Below are positions 8,432 through 16,662 of a stretch of DNA of 64,000 nucleotides, in pieces; the first letter of the stretch is position 1, and the number at the start of each line of letters is the position of its first letter. Under the pieces are notes generated by a model. The model ran no database searches and was not told the DNA's origin. It worked only from the letters and a program-made list of their open reading frames with translations. Source of the stretch: a virus. Both the position numbers and the translations under genes were made by a program. The stretch lies in the IMG/VR virus record IMGVR_UViG_3300045988_131126. One strand, written 5' to 3'.

Positions 8432-9646
8432 TTAGGGCAAATAAAAACATATACTGTGTGGGGACAGTATATGTGTGAAATTATAGTATGGTGTGTTAGT
8501 GTTATAATAATCATATCCATTTATAAATGGATCAATAAATAATTCGTTAAATAGTTTATCAAGGCTCATAATAGAAGTATAACACATACCTCTACGCTTT
8601 ATAGAACCTTTCCAAGACTTATATGCATTTAGAATTTGATCGAAAGTCATTTTACCAATATCCATTAAATGTCTAAACTTTTTAAGTCTTCTTCTTTCTC
8701 TTGTAATAGTTTTATTCACAACCCTTTTAACAACTTTACCAGTTTCGGTAAGTCTAAATCGAGTTTTTAAGAATGTAAATTGTTTAGATATTTTCTGTAA
8801 TCTACATTTCTTTTCACTGAAAGATAATCCAAGTTTAGTGGCAATTTGTTTTACACCTTGTATTACTTTCATTAAGTATTTCTTAGAATGATGTATAATA
8901 ATACCATCATCCATATATCTATCATATCCATGCACTCTCATTTGATCTTTTACATAATGATCTATTGGATTTGGATAATATACAGCGCTTATTTGTGATA
9001 TTTCACTTCCTAATCCTAAACCAATTTTACCAAATGCATAAATAAAAGTTTCTACATACTTCATTACATGATCAAATATAAGCTTACTCCTTTCAGCTTC
9101 TACTAGAGCATGTAATGGAATACTTCCAAAATAATCATGAAAATCAAACGTATAAATCCATCCTTTAAGACCATATTTCTTATAATGATCTTGTAAATGC
9201 TTAACTACACGTTTAATTTGATGATGCGGACCTCTACCTTTTAAAGTAGCTCCATTATCATAAATTAAGTAAGGTCTCAATACAGGAGTGATGCAATTTT
9301 TCACAAAAGATTTTTGCACTACACGTTCTTCTATAGTAATACTCTTTATATGTCTTAATTTACCTCTCTCCTTAATATCAAAACAATGGAATCCTCTTGG
9401 AGTAAATGATCCAGTATAACATTCTACGATTAAGTCTGGAAGATTAGTCGAAATAAATATACCGTAGCGTTGTACTATGGCTTTCCAATCAGTTCCTGCT
9501 TTACAAAATTTATACGATTCATATAATGCAGATTCAGAGAATACATCATTAAGATTGGAATGCTTTCTAGCAAGTTCCATTCTCTTTGCCAATCTCTTAG
9601 CTTTTCTTCTCTGATATCTAGCTTCGTGTCTTTCTTTGCTATTCAT
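8432..9646 (-). CDS. DGR reverse transcriptase
   Basis: RT motifs: catalytic YMDDGIIIH and the DGR-typical IGLGLGSEISQISAVYY (I/LGxxxSQ). A TR lies immediately upstream. Confidence 0.9.
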   Translation of the reverse strand: MNSKERHEARYQRRKAKRLAKRMELARKHSNLNDVFSESALYESYKFCKAGTDWKAIVQRYGIFISTNLPDLIVECYTGSFTPRGFHCFDIKERGKLRHIKSITIEERVVQKSFVKNCITPVLRPYLIYDNGATLKGRGPHHQIKRVVKHLQDHYKKYGLKGWIYTFDFHDYFGSIPLHALVEAERSKLIFDHVMKYVETFIYAFGKIGLGLGSEISQISAVYYPNPIDHYVKDQMRVHGYDRYMDDGIIIHHSKKYLMKVIQGVKQIATKLGLSFSEKKCRLQKISKQFTFLKTRFRLTETGKVVKRVVNKTITRERRRLKKFRHLMDIGKMTFDQILNAYKSWKGSIKRRGMCYTSIMSLDKLFNELFIDPFINGYDYYNTNTPYYNFTHILSPHSICFYLP

Positions 9647-9911
9647 AATTTATTTTTAACTAGAAAATTTAGGTGCTGTGAACAGAGAGATCTACCATGA
9701 AATACATAAAGTACCATGCAAGAAGCGTCCGGTAGCTCCCATCAGCTAATTTAGAAGTTCTAGTTATATTGACCTCCTAAACACATCTATTTATTTAATA
9801 CTCTAAACGAATATTAAAATGGGTAAATAATCTCCTTCTGCAAGGAAATTTTGTTAATCTAAAGATTTCGCACTATAGATAGTGTTACTGTGTCGCTCAT
9901 AACAACTCTTA

Positions 9912-10019
9912 CAGAATCAGAAGCACACGCCATTGCTGTTGCTGGCATTGTTGTTGTTGTTGCTACCGTCCGAGTTGACATTACAGAAGTTGTTGGTGTT
10001 GTTGTAATTAGGCGAACGA
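9912..10019 (-). repeat. DGR template repeat (TR)
   Basis: The coding-strand reading is CGT TCG CCT AAT TAC AAC AAC ACC AAC AAC TTC TGT AAT GTC AAC TCG GAC GGT AGC AAC AAC AAC AAC AAT GCC AGC AAC AGC AAT GGC GTG TGC TTC TGA TTC TG. It is AAC/AAT-rich and has a 108-bp colinear match to 10705-10812. Confidence 0.85.
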
Positions 10020-10061
10020 AAAAGGTTTACAGATTATTCCCCTTGTAAAACATAATATTTA

Positions 10062-10562
10062 TTAAGCTACAAATTTAACGATTTTACTATTTTGAACTTG
10101 TGTTTGTGTATTACAAATAGCTCGAGTATCTTTAAATCTCTTTTCATCACTACGAATAATCTTTTCTAAAGTATTAATTTCTTTATTTAACAAACTTAAC
10201 CATGTGTTTAAATCGGAATCTCTGACAGAAACTAATGGTGAATTTTCACCATTATCAACTTCATGCTTTATATAAAGCAATGCTGATATATCTGCAGAGA
10301 TTGAACAAGCTACTCCTTTAGCTTGTAAAAGGAATTGTCTCCTCATTGCAAAATCTTCTTTATATTTAATAGGAAATATAGAATTTCCCTGTATACATAA
10401 ATTATTTAAACATCTAGCTTTCTCCAATAATGGATGAGCTATCATGTAAGTATATCTTTTAGGCATTGATAGACATATACGAAGCGCCAACTTATACAGT
10501 TTAAAAGCATCGTATACGAATTGTGCACTAGATAGGTTTCTTTCACCTGCTGGCACACTCAT
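10062..10562 (-). CDS. avd: DGR accessory variability determinant (Avd-like four-helix-bundle protein)
   Basis: It sits between VR and TR. The LSMPKRYTYMIAHPLLEKARCLNNLCIQGNS pattern matches the four-helix-bundle (Avd / 23S rRNA-IVS protein) motif P-K-x-x-x-Y-x-hydrophobic...N-I-x-E-G. Confidence 0.7.
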   Translation of the reverse strand: MSVPAGERNLSSAQFVYDAFKLYKLALRICLSMPKRYTYMIAHPLLEKARCLNNLCIQGNSIFPIKYKEDFAMRRQFLLQAKGVACSISADISALLYIKHEVDNGENSPLVSVRDSDLNTWLSLLNKEINTLEKIIRSDEKRFKDTRAICNTQTQVQNSKIVKFVA

Positions 10563-10637
10563 ATCAAATCTCTCCTTTCTTTTGTATACTTTAATAAAAA
10601 GTTAGGGTTATCAAACCTTACAAGAAAAAATAAAAGG

Positions 10638-10665
10638 GTTGGTGGATCTGTACAGATCCACCAAC
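10638..10665 (-). terminator. GC-rich perfect hairpin 33 nt downstream of the VR-bearing gene
   Basis: GTTGGTGGATCTG ta CAGATCCACCAAC, followed on the minus strand by CCTTTTATTTTTTC. Besides terminating, a stem-loop just 3' of the VR is a known DGR accessory feature. Confidence 0.65.
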
Positions 10666-10697
10666 GATGGATTTGCTCGACAAGCTCGCAAATCTGA

Positions 10698-11771
10698 TTA
10701 TACGCAGAAGCAGAAGCACACGCCACCGCTGAAGCTGGCATAGTTGTAGTTGTATCTACCGTCCGAGTAGACACTACAGAAGTCGTAGGTGCTGCCGTAA
10801 TAAGGCGAACGAGTCCACCACCAATAAGCATCTCCACTACCATTATTCAGTTTCTTTATTCTAGAATTATTATCTGTAAATATAGGAAACTTTTTCTGAT
10901 TAGACTCAGTATTAGACTGGTATGTAAAACCAACTTCTGTACAACCAGGCAAAAATACTTTATCTTTAGAAGGTCTACCAGCGTTGGACGATGAAGTACC
11001 ACCACCTAAATTGGCATATGTGTTTACTTCTTTAATATAAGACTGTAAATTGGAAGGCATACTTTTGAAAATATTCTGCATAACAGTTTTCTTCATATCT
11101 GTATCATTCCAACCGCCAGAGTTAGTATCAGAACTATTCATTTGTCGAGTATTCTTCATTAAATGCTTCATTCCAAATACTATACCAGCTTTACCAGATC
11201 CATCAGATTTATCAAAGTGTTTGAAATCCCAAATCTGTAAAGTAACAGTCTCATTAAAAGTTCCTGATAAGGTGATATTAATTTCATCTCCAACTTTCCA
11301 TGTGGATGGAATAGCATCACCTTCACTAGCAGCTTTTATTTGTTCCCATGTGTTATCTTTCAATGTGGGGGCAAAGGACAATGGTATGGCAGCAAAAATC
11401 AAGTTGCTAGAATCGTTGTATACTTTGGCAGTATTATATGGGAAGAATCTATAATAATACTTATGGTTATTCGTTAAGCCCGAATCTGTATACCAAGTAT
11501 TCTTATATTTATCCCTTGTAGTGTTGTCTAGTACTACATCGCCATCCTTAATAGATTCAGGATAGTGATCAGCATTACGTATTAATAAAGTTCCTTTCCA
11601 AGCAGATATAGTAGTCCCGTCAACTACTGTATCTTTTGGATCGGACCATTTGATTAATACTCTACCGTTATTTACGGTTGATGAGATAGAGGTTACATCG
11701 CCCGGGGGAAATCCCTTGGAAGAAGATCCAGAGATCGTGGCAGATGCTCCACCTCTTACAATAACACTCAC
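10698..11771 (-). CDS. DGR target (variable) protein: FN3-like N-domain, conserved central domain, C-terminal VR
   Basis: Track ORF. The C-terminus WWWTRSPYYGSTYDFCSVYSDGRYNYNYASFSGGVCFCFCV is encoded by the VR. The variable residues sit exactly where the TR has AAC/AAT codons. Confidence 0.85.
   Translation of the reverse strand: MSVIVRGGASATISGSSSKGFPPGDVTSISSTVNNGRVLIKWSDPKDTVVDGTTISAWKGTLLIRNADHYPESIKDGDVVLDNTTRDKYKNTWYTDSGLTNNHKYYYRFFPYNTAKVYNDSSNLIFAAIPLSFAPTLKDNTWEQIKAASEGDAIPSTWKVGDEINITLSGTFNETVTLQIWDFKHFDKSDGSGKAGIVFGMKHLMKNTRQMNSSDTNSGGWNDTDMKKTVMQNIFKSMPSNLQSYIKEVNTYANLGGGTSSSNAGRPSKDKVFLPGCTEVGFTYQSNTESNQKKFPIFTDNNSRIKKLNNGSGDAYWWWTRSPYYGSTYDFCSVYSDGRYNYNYASFSGGVCFCFCV
10705..10812 (-). 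repeat. DGR variable repeat (VR) at the 3' end of the target gene
   Basis: 108 bp colinear with the TR. I count 17 differences. Sixteen fall at TR adenines (for example AAC to TAC, GGC, AGC, GAC, TTC; AAT to TAT, AGT, GGT). One is not at an adenine (AGC to AGA). Confidence 0.85.
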
Positions 11772-12072
11772 TATATAAAACCTCCTTTATTTTTATTAAT
11801 TACATATCTCAAACCTATTTACCAAAATTTTCCAATTAATTACCAAATATTTTTCCAAAAAAATGGAAAAATTTACTAATTAATTAAAATATTTATTTAC
11901 ATAAAGATAAAGGGGCTGAAGAACTATGTAATTTATTACATAGTTCTTCAGGTAATTTTATAAAAAATAAAAAAGATTTTTTAAAATTTTATATAGAAGA
12001 AGATGGATATACCATATGGTATATCCATCTTTATTTTTATATAGTTTACAATGAATACTTATGATATCTATA

Positions 12073-12594
12073 TTATTCTCGCTTATCTTCTATGGACATT
12101 GCTTTTACTTTCTTATCTATATCTTCATATGTCATACCTGTTAATTCTGAATACTTATCTTTTAATTTATTATAGTTATTCATATATTCATCTGCTTTTT
12201 CGGAATGATATTTGCTTGATTCATAAGCATTTACTATACCTTTGAATAAACATAATTCTTTATTATATAAGTATTTTGATGGAATATAAGCAAATGTCAT
12301 AAGTGTTGGAGATTCAATCTGTACATCTTTTCCTTCTATGAATATTTCTTCTCTGGGAATACCAGCTATATTAGATTGGTTATATGGAACTTTGGTATAT
12401 AAATTTAAAGAGAATAAAGGAACAAAATCTTTTTCTGTCTCTTCGTTATATTCCAATGTAATTAGACTTTCTGTACTCTGCATTAAATTGTCTGTAATAA
12501 GTTTAAAGTTCCATTTACAATTATTAATTATTGGTTTTCCATTAAAACAAATAGGTTCGTGTTTAAATATCATTCTATCTTTGTAATTATACAT
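12073..12594 (-). CDS. hypothetical protein
   Basis: Track ORF, followed by the hairpin AGATGGATATACCATATGGTATATCCATCT (12001-12030). Confidence 0.55.
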   Translation of the reverse strand: MYNYKDRMIFKHEPICFNGKPIINNCKWNFKLITDNLMQSTESLITLEYNEETEKDFVPLFSLNLYTKVPYNQSNIAGIPREEIFIEGKDVQIESPTLMTFAYIPSKYLYNKELCLFKGIVNAYESSKYHSEKADEYMNNYNKLKDKYSELTGMTYEDIDKKVKAMSIEDKRE

Positions 12595-12624
12595 TATATT
12601 ATTTCTCCTTATCTTTTTAGTATA

Positions 12625-12954
12625 TCAATTTTCAGAAAAGCCAAGTAAATCATATCCTAACTGACAGAAATAATTCTTTCCTATAACTGAAACAAATTCT
12701 TCTAAAGATGTAATATATGCAGTTGGTTCAGAATACTCTACTGGTACATAAAATCTTTTGGCACACTTCGCATTATCCCATAATATATCATCAATATATG
12801 AAACAGATAACTTTTTGGCTTTGTCTATAATTTTACATGATAATGTATTCATTCTGGTTAAAGATAACTTCTTATCATTTTTCGAAATGATTATATTCTC
12901 TCCGTAGTCTCTATCAGTTATGATAATAAAGTCGTCAGGTATACTATAATGCAT
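12625..12954 (-). CDS. hypothetical protein, DYG-motif family member 1
   Basis: Shares DFIIITDRDYGENIIIS with the next two ORFs. Confidence 0.55.
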   Translation of the reverse strand: MHYSIPDDFIIITDRDYGENIIISKNDKKLSLTRMNTLSCKIIDKAKKLSVSYIDDILWDNAKCAKRFYVPVEYSEPTAYITSLEEFVSVIGKNYFCQLGYDLLGFSEN

Positions 12955-12988
12955 TTGTACTTTGACTAATGGCTCCTTATGAGCTAAT

Positions 12989-13453
12989 TTACTTACTAAT
13001 TGTAAAATTTGATGGTTTTATCATTATCGTTATCGTGCTTACATTACAAGAACTTTCGGTCAATTTTATTGTTCCAAAGTCTAAGTAAGTTAAATTATCA
13101 TCTCCGATAGCGTCGGATAATGCAAGTGTATCTACTACGTAAACTGCGGCTTTTGAAAAATAAGTCGTATCGTCTTTAATATGAAATAATATTGTAATTT
13201 CATTACAAATGCTTGATGTAAGAGTATCACACGATATAGTCACTTGTCTCATATTATTTAAAATGATATTGGATTTTATATCAATTTTAGATAGTATAAC
13301 ATCAGATTTTTCGCCATGAATTTTTATTTTATCTCCATAATCTTTATCTATTATTACAAGTACGTATTCTCCCACAAGTTTAACAAATGATTTCGTTGGT
13401 AAGGTTTCTCTTTCTGTCAGATTGGCTGGTTTAAATAATTTGAAAGTTGTCAT
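12989..13453 (-). CDS. hypothetical protein, DYG-motif family member 2
   Basis: YVLVIIDKDYGDKIKIHG ... NIILNNMRQVTIS, parallel to member 3. Confidence 0.55.
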   Translation of the reverse strand: MTTFKLFKPANLTERETLPTKSFVKLVGEYVLVIIDKDYGDKIKIHGEKSDVILSKIDIKSNIILNNMRQVTISCDTLTSSICNEITILFHIKDDTTYFSKAAVYVVDTLALSDAIGDDNLTYLDFGTIKLTESSCNVSTITIMIKPSNFTISK

Positions 13454-14196
13454 GATTTATTTTCCTCCTCTTCATCTGAAGTTGACATAAGTTTTATATT
13501 AAATTTATTTAATAAATCAATAAACAGTGGAATGTGGTTGTGCCTAAAAGCTCTTAATAAGATACAGATATCTGCATTGCTTTCTGGTAACTCTTCTCCA
13601 ATGATGTATTTATTCATTAATCTACCTAAGAATACTCTTGCATCTTCAGTATTATCAAAAGTTAAAGCATTCTTTATTTGCTCTTTTTCTAATGGTAACT
13701 TTGCAAATGAGATTCCTGGTAATTTGCTAGGATCTTTATAGTTCTCATCAACTAAAATTACATATCTATCATTATCAAAAGTTATACAGTACTTTTGATC
13801 GTTATCTATAACCAAGTAATAGAATCCATTTATGAAAAACATACTATCATCAGCAGTAAGAATTTCGAATATATTCGATATTGAAGTACAATATACTGTA
13901 GCGTTTTTATATTCTTCTTTTGGAGTACAAATAATATCAAGTTCTCTTGGCGGATTCACATCAAGTGGTTTAAATTTAATATGTCTTTTATTATTTAAAA
14001 TAAAATTGTCGGCATCGTTTACTCTGCGAAAATCTACAGATGTCATATAACCTATCATTTTTAATGATATAGTATCGCCGTAATCATGATTTAATATTAA
14101 GAAGATATAATTTCCTTCATAGAAAAACCGTGATTTAATAATATCTTCCTTTTTGTAACCTAATTTGGATCTAACTGCGCTAAATTGAATTTTCAT
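13450..14196 (-). CDS. hypothetical protein, DYG-motif family member 3
   Basis: YIFLILNHDYGDTISLK ... NFILNNKRHIKF. A 4-nt overlap with member 2 suggests translational coupling. Confidence 0.55.
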   Translation of the reverse strand: MKIQFSAVRSKLGYKKEDIIKSRFFYEGNYIFLILNHDYGDTISLKMIGYMTSVDFRRVNDADNFILNNKRHIKFKPLDVNPPRELDIICTPKEEYKNATVYCTSISNIFEILTADDSMFFINGFYYLVIDNDQKYCITFDNDRYVILVDENYKDPSKLPGISFAKLPLEKEQIKNALTFDNTEDARVFLGRLMNKYIIGEELPESNADICILLRAFRHNHIPLFIDLLNKFNIKLMSTSDEEEENKS

Positions 14197-14307
14197 AATT
14201 TAATTTCTCCTTTATTAAATATATTTATATGTGTAAATCACAATTATAATATACAATAAAAGCAAAAATTACCCAAGATACTATATATAGTATCTTGGGT
14301 TTTTATA

Positions 14308-15369
14308 TTATACATTGAAACAAAAGCACACACCATAGCCATAGCCGGCGCCGGTGTAATCGTGGGTACCGTATATAGTGACATCACAGAAACAGTCGGG
14401 GTTGTTTCCGCAAATAGGCGAACGAAGCCACCATTGATAAGCATCTCCACTACCATTATTCATTTTCTTTATTCTAGAATTATCATTTGTGAATATAGGA
14501 AATTTTTTCTGGTTTTTCTCAGTTTCAGATTGATCTGGTTTATAATTTTTACCAAACATTTCTGTCATACCAGGTAAAAATACTTTATCTTTAGATAATA
14601 ACCCTGTACTAGAAGATGAACTGCCCAAACCTTGATTGGCATATGTGTTTACTTCTTTAATATAAGACTGTAAATCAGAAGGTATACTATTATAAATATT
14701 AACCATAACAGTTTTCTTCATAGCTGTATTATTCCAACCTCCAGAGTTAGTATGAGAACTATTCATGTATTGTCCATCTTTCATTAAATTTTTCATTCCA
14801 AATACTATACCTGCTTTACCACCACCATCGGATTTATCAAAATGATTAAAATCCCATATTTGTAATGTAATAGTTTCATTAAAAGTACCACTAAGCGTTA
14901 AATCTATTTCATCTCCAACTTTCCATATAGAAGAAGCTATACCAGCTTCAGAAGCAGTATTTATTTGTTCCCATGTATTATTCTTTAATATAGAGTCTAT
15001 GCCATAAAATGTATTTTCAACAATCATATTTATATTATTATTACATAATTTATTAGTATCGTATGCAAAAAATCTATAATAATATTTTTTGTTTTTAATT
15101 ACATCACTATCTGAGCATGTGGTTCCATTTCCACTATATATAGTATTCCCATCTTTAATACTCGTCGGATAACGGCTTTCATTTCTTACTATTATTACAT
15201 GATCAAATGTAGATAGCGTAGTTCCGTCTATAACTACATTAGATGGATTAGTCCATGATAATATAATAGAAGAAGCATTTTGAGAAGCTTTTATATTAGT
15301 AACTTCTCCCGGCCCTATTCCTTTATTATTAGAAGAACTAATATTATTTCCTTTTAATATAATACTCAT
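14308..15369 (-). CDS. paralogue of the DGR target protein; C-terminal VR-like region does not match the local TR
   Basis: Shares the FN3-like N-domain, TLQIWDFNHFDKSDGGGKAGIVFGMKNLM, FPIFT.D.NSRIKK and the ...GVCFCFNV end. The VR-like segment keeps the CGTTCGCCT and GTGTGCTT flanks, but has one extra codon and many non-adenine differences relative to the TR. Confidence 0.8.
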   Translation of the reverse strand: MSIILKGNNISSSNNKGIGPGEVTNIKASQNASSIILSWTNPSNVVIDGTTLSTFDHVIIVRNESRYPTSIKDGNTIYSGNGTTCSDSDVIKNKKYYYRFFAYDTNKLCNNNINMIVENTFYGIDSILKNNTWEQINTASEAGIASSIWKVGDEIDLTLSGTFNETITLQIWDFNHFDKSDGGGKAGIVFGMKNLMKDGQYMNSSHTNSGGWNNTAMKKTVMVNIYNSIPSDLQSYIKEVNTYANQGLGSSSSSTGLLSKDKVFLPGMTEMFGKNYKPDQSETEKNQKKFPIFTNDNSRIKKMNNGSGDAYQWWLRSPICGNNPDCFCDVTIYGTHDYTGAGYGYGVCFCFNV

Positions 15370-15417
15370 AATATATCCTCCTTTGTGTGAGGACTATAAA
15401 AGATATATTATGAGAAA

Positions 15418-16497
15418 TTATACATTAAAACAAAAACATACACCACCAGAAACGTCTGCATTATAACCATGCACATACCCTGCGCCATTATAAAACATAT
15501 TTCCATCATAGTCTACAAATATAACTATATTTGTCTCGTTTTCTTCCGTAGATCTTAAAAACCAATCGTTATTGACACCAGATCGTTTTTTTATTCTAGA
15601 ATTTTTATCTGTGAATATAGGAAATTGGGTCTGTCCAGCTTCTGTGTTATATTGTTCAGAAGACCATTTTCCGAATACTTCTATAGATCCTGGTATAAAT
15701 ACTTTATCTTTTGATAAAGTTCCTTTTTCAACTTTACCTACATAGGTATAATTTTCATTAGCATATGTATTGACTTTTTTTAATACATTTTGCAAATCTA
15801 TAGGCATACTGGAGATTATTTTAGGTATATAAGTTGTTCTCATCGTACACGAACTCCAATAAGGATATTCTAAGCAATTCTCTTCTTTCATTAAGTTCTT
15901 CATACCAAATACTATACCTGCTTTTCCACTACCATCAGATTTATCAAAATGATTAAAATCCCATATCTGTAAAGTAATAGTTTCATTATATGTACCAGAT
16001 AAAGTAATATCTATTTCATCCCCTATATTCCATATAGAAGAAGCTATACCTGACTCACTAGCAGCTGCTATTTGTTCCCATGTATTATTCTTTAATATAG
16101 GATCAAATTCTACTACAGCAGCGCTATATATCATACCACTATCATTATTATATATTTTATCAGTATTACAAACAAAAAATCTATAATAATAAGTATCTAT
16201 CTCTAAATTATTATCAGTATATTCAGTATTTTTATATTTATTTTTCTCTGTAGTTTCTAATACTATATCTCCATCTTTAATACTTGTAGGAATTGATCCT
16301 TTTTTACGTACTAATGTAGTAGATTGCCATGTAGATAATGTTTTATCTCCAATTACTACATCATCAGGATCTGTCCATTTAATGGTTACTTTTTTATTTC
16401 CGCCTTTGATAGTTACATTAGTTACATTTCCCGGAGGATATCCTTTGGATGATCCTCCTCCACTTGAACTATCTATTCTTTTTATTAAAACGCTCAT
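15418..16497 (-). CDS. paralogue of the DGR target protein (more diverged C-terminus)
   Basis: Same domain order. Ends ...YNADVSGGVCFCFNV. Confidence 0.8.
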   Translation of the reverse strand: MSVLIKRIDSSSGGGSSKGYPPGNVTNVTIKGGNKKVTIKWTDPDDVVIGDKTLSTWQSTTLVRKKGSIPTSIKDGDIVLETTEKNKYKNTEYTDNNLEIDTYYYRFFVCNTDKIYNNDSGMIYSAAVVEFDPILKNNTWEQIAAASESGIASSIWNIGDEIDITLSGTYNETITLQIWDFNHFDKSDGSGKAGIVFGMKNLMKEENCLEYPYWSSCTMRTTYIPKIISSMPIDLQNVLKKVNTYANENYTYVGKVEKGTLSKDKVFIPGSIEVFGKWSSEQYNTEAGQTQFPIFTDKNSRIKKRSGVNNDWFLRSTEENETNIVIFVDYDGNMFYNGAGYVHGYNADVSGGVCFCFNV

Positions 16498-16662
16498 AGA
16501 GTAATTTACTTCCTTTCCAATGTGGGGAGCACAAACAAAATCAGTAATTACCCTCTATATAACAAGTTTATTTATAAACTTGTTATATAGAGGTCTTTTT
16601 AACGTATATGAACGTATTACTATAAAATTATATAACTTTTGTCCCCGGAACAGGAGTATATA

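Larger units (their letters stand above)
8432..11771 (-). mobile_element. diversity-generating retroelement cassette: target(VR) - avd - TR - RT
   Basis: See the component features. The order and orientation match the Bordetella phage BPP-1 archetype (mtd-VR, avd, TR, brt). Confidence 0.9.

Noticed and set aside
9647-9911. The slightly GC-richer non-coding stretch between the RT and the TR might be an independent ncRNA.
   Set aside because: Its position fits the TR-adjacent spacer portion of the DGR RNA that primes cDNA synthesis in characterised DGRs. It is treated as part of the DGR.
10559-10843. Track ORFs 10559..10843 and 14244..14456 (MVVEMLIGGGLVRL...) overlap the VR regions.
   Set aside because: They are alternative-frame read-throughs of the target-gene 3' ends and the avd-proximal spacer. 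They have no SD, and they resemble each other only because the underlying VR DNA is homologous.
14308-14440. The C-terminus of 14308..15369 (and those of 15418.. and 16663..) might be an active VR of the local TR.
   Set aside because: Codon-by-codon comparison with the TR shows one extra codon and at least eight differences at non-adenine positions. That is incompatible with direct templating by this TR.
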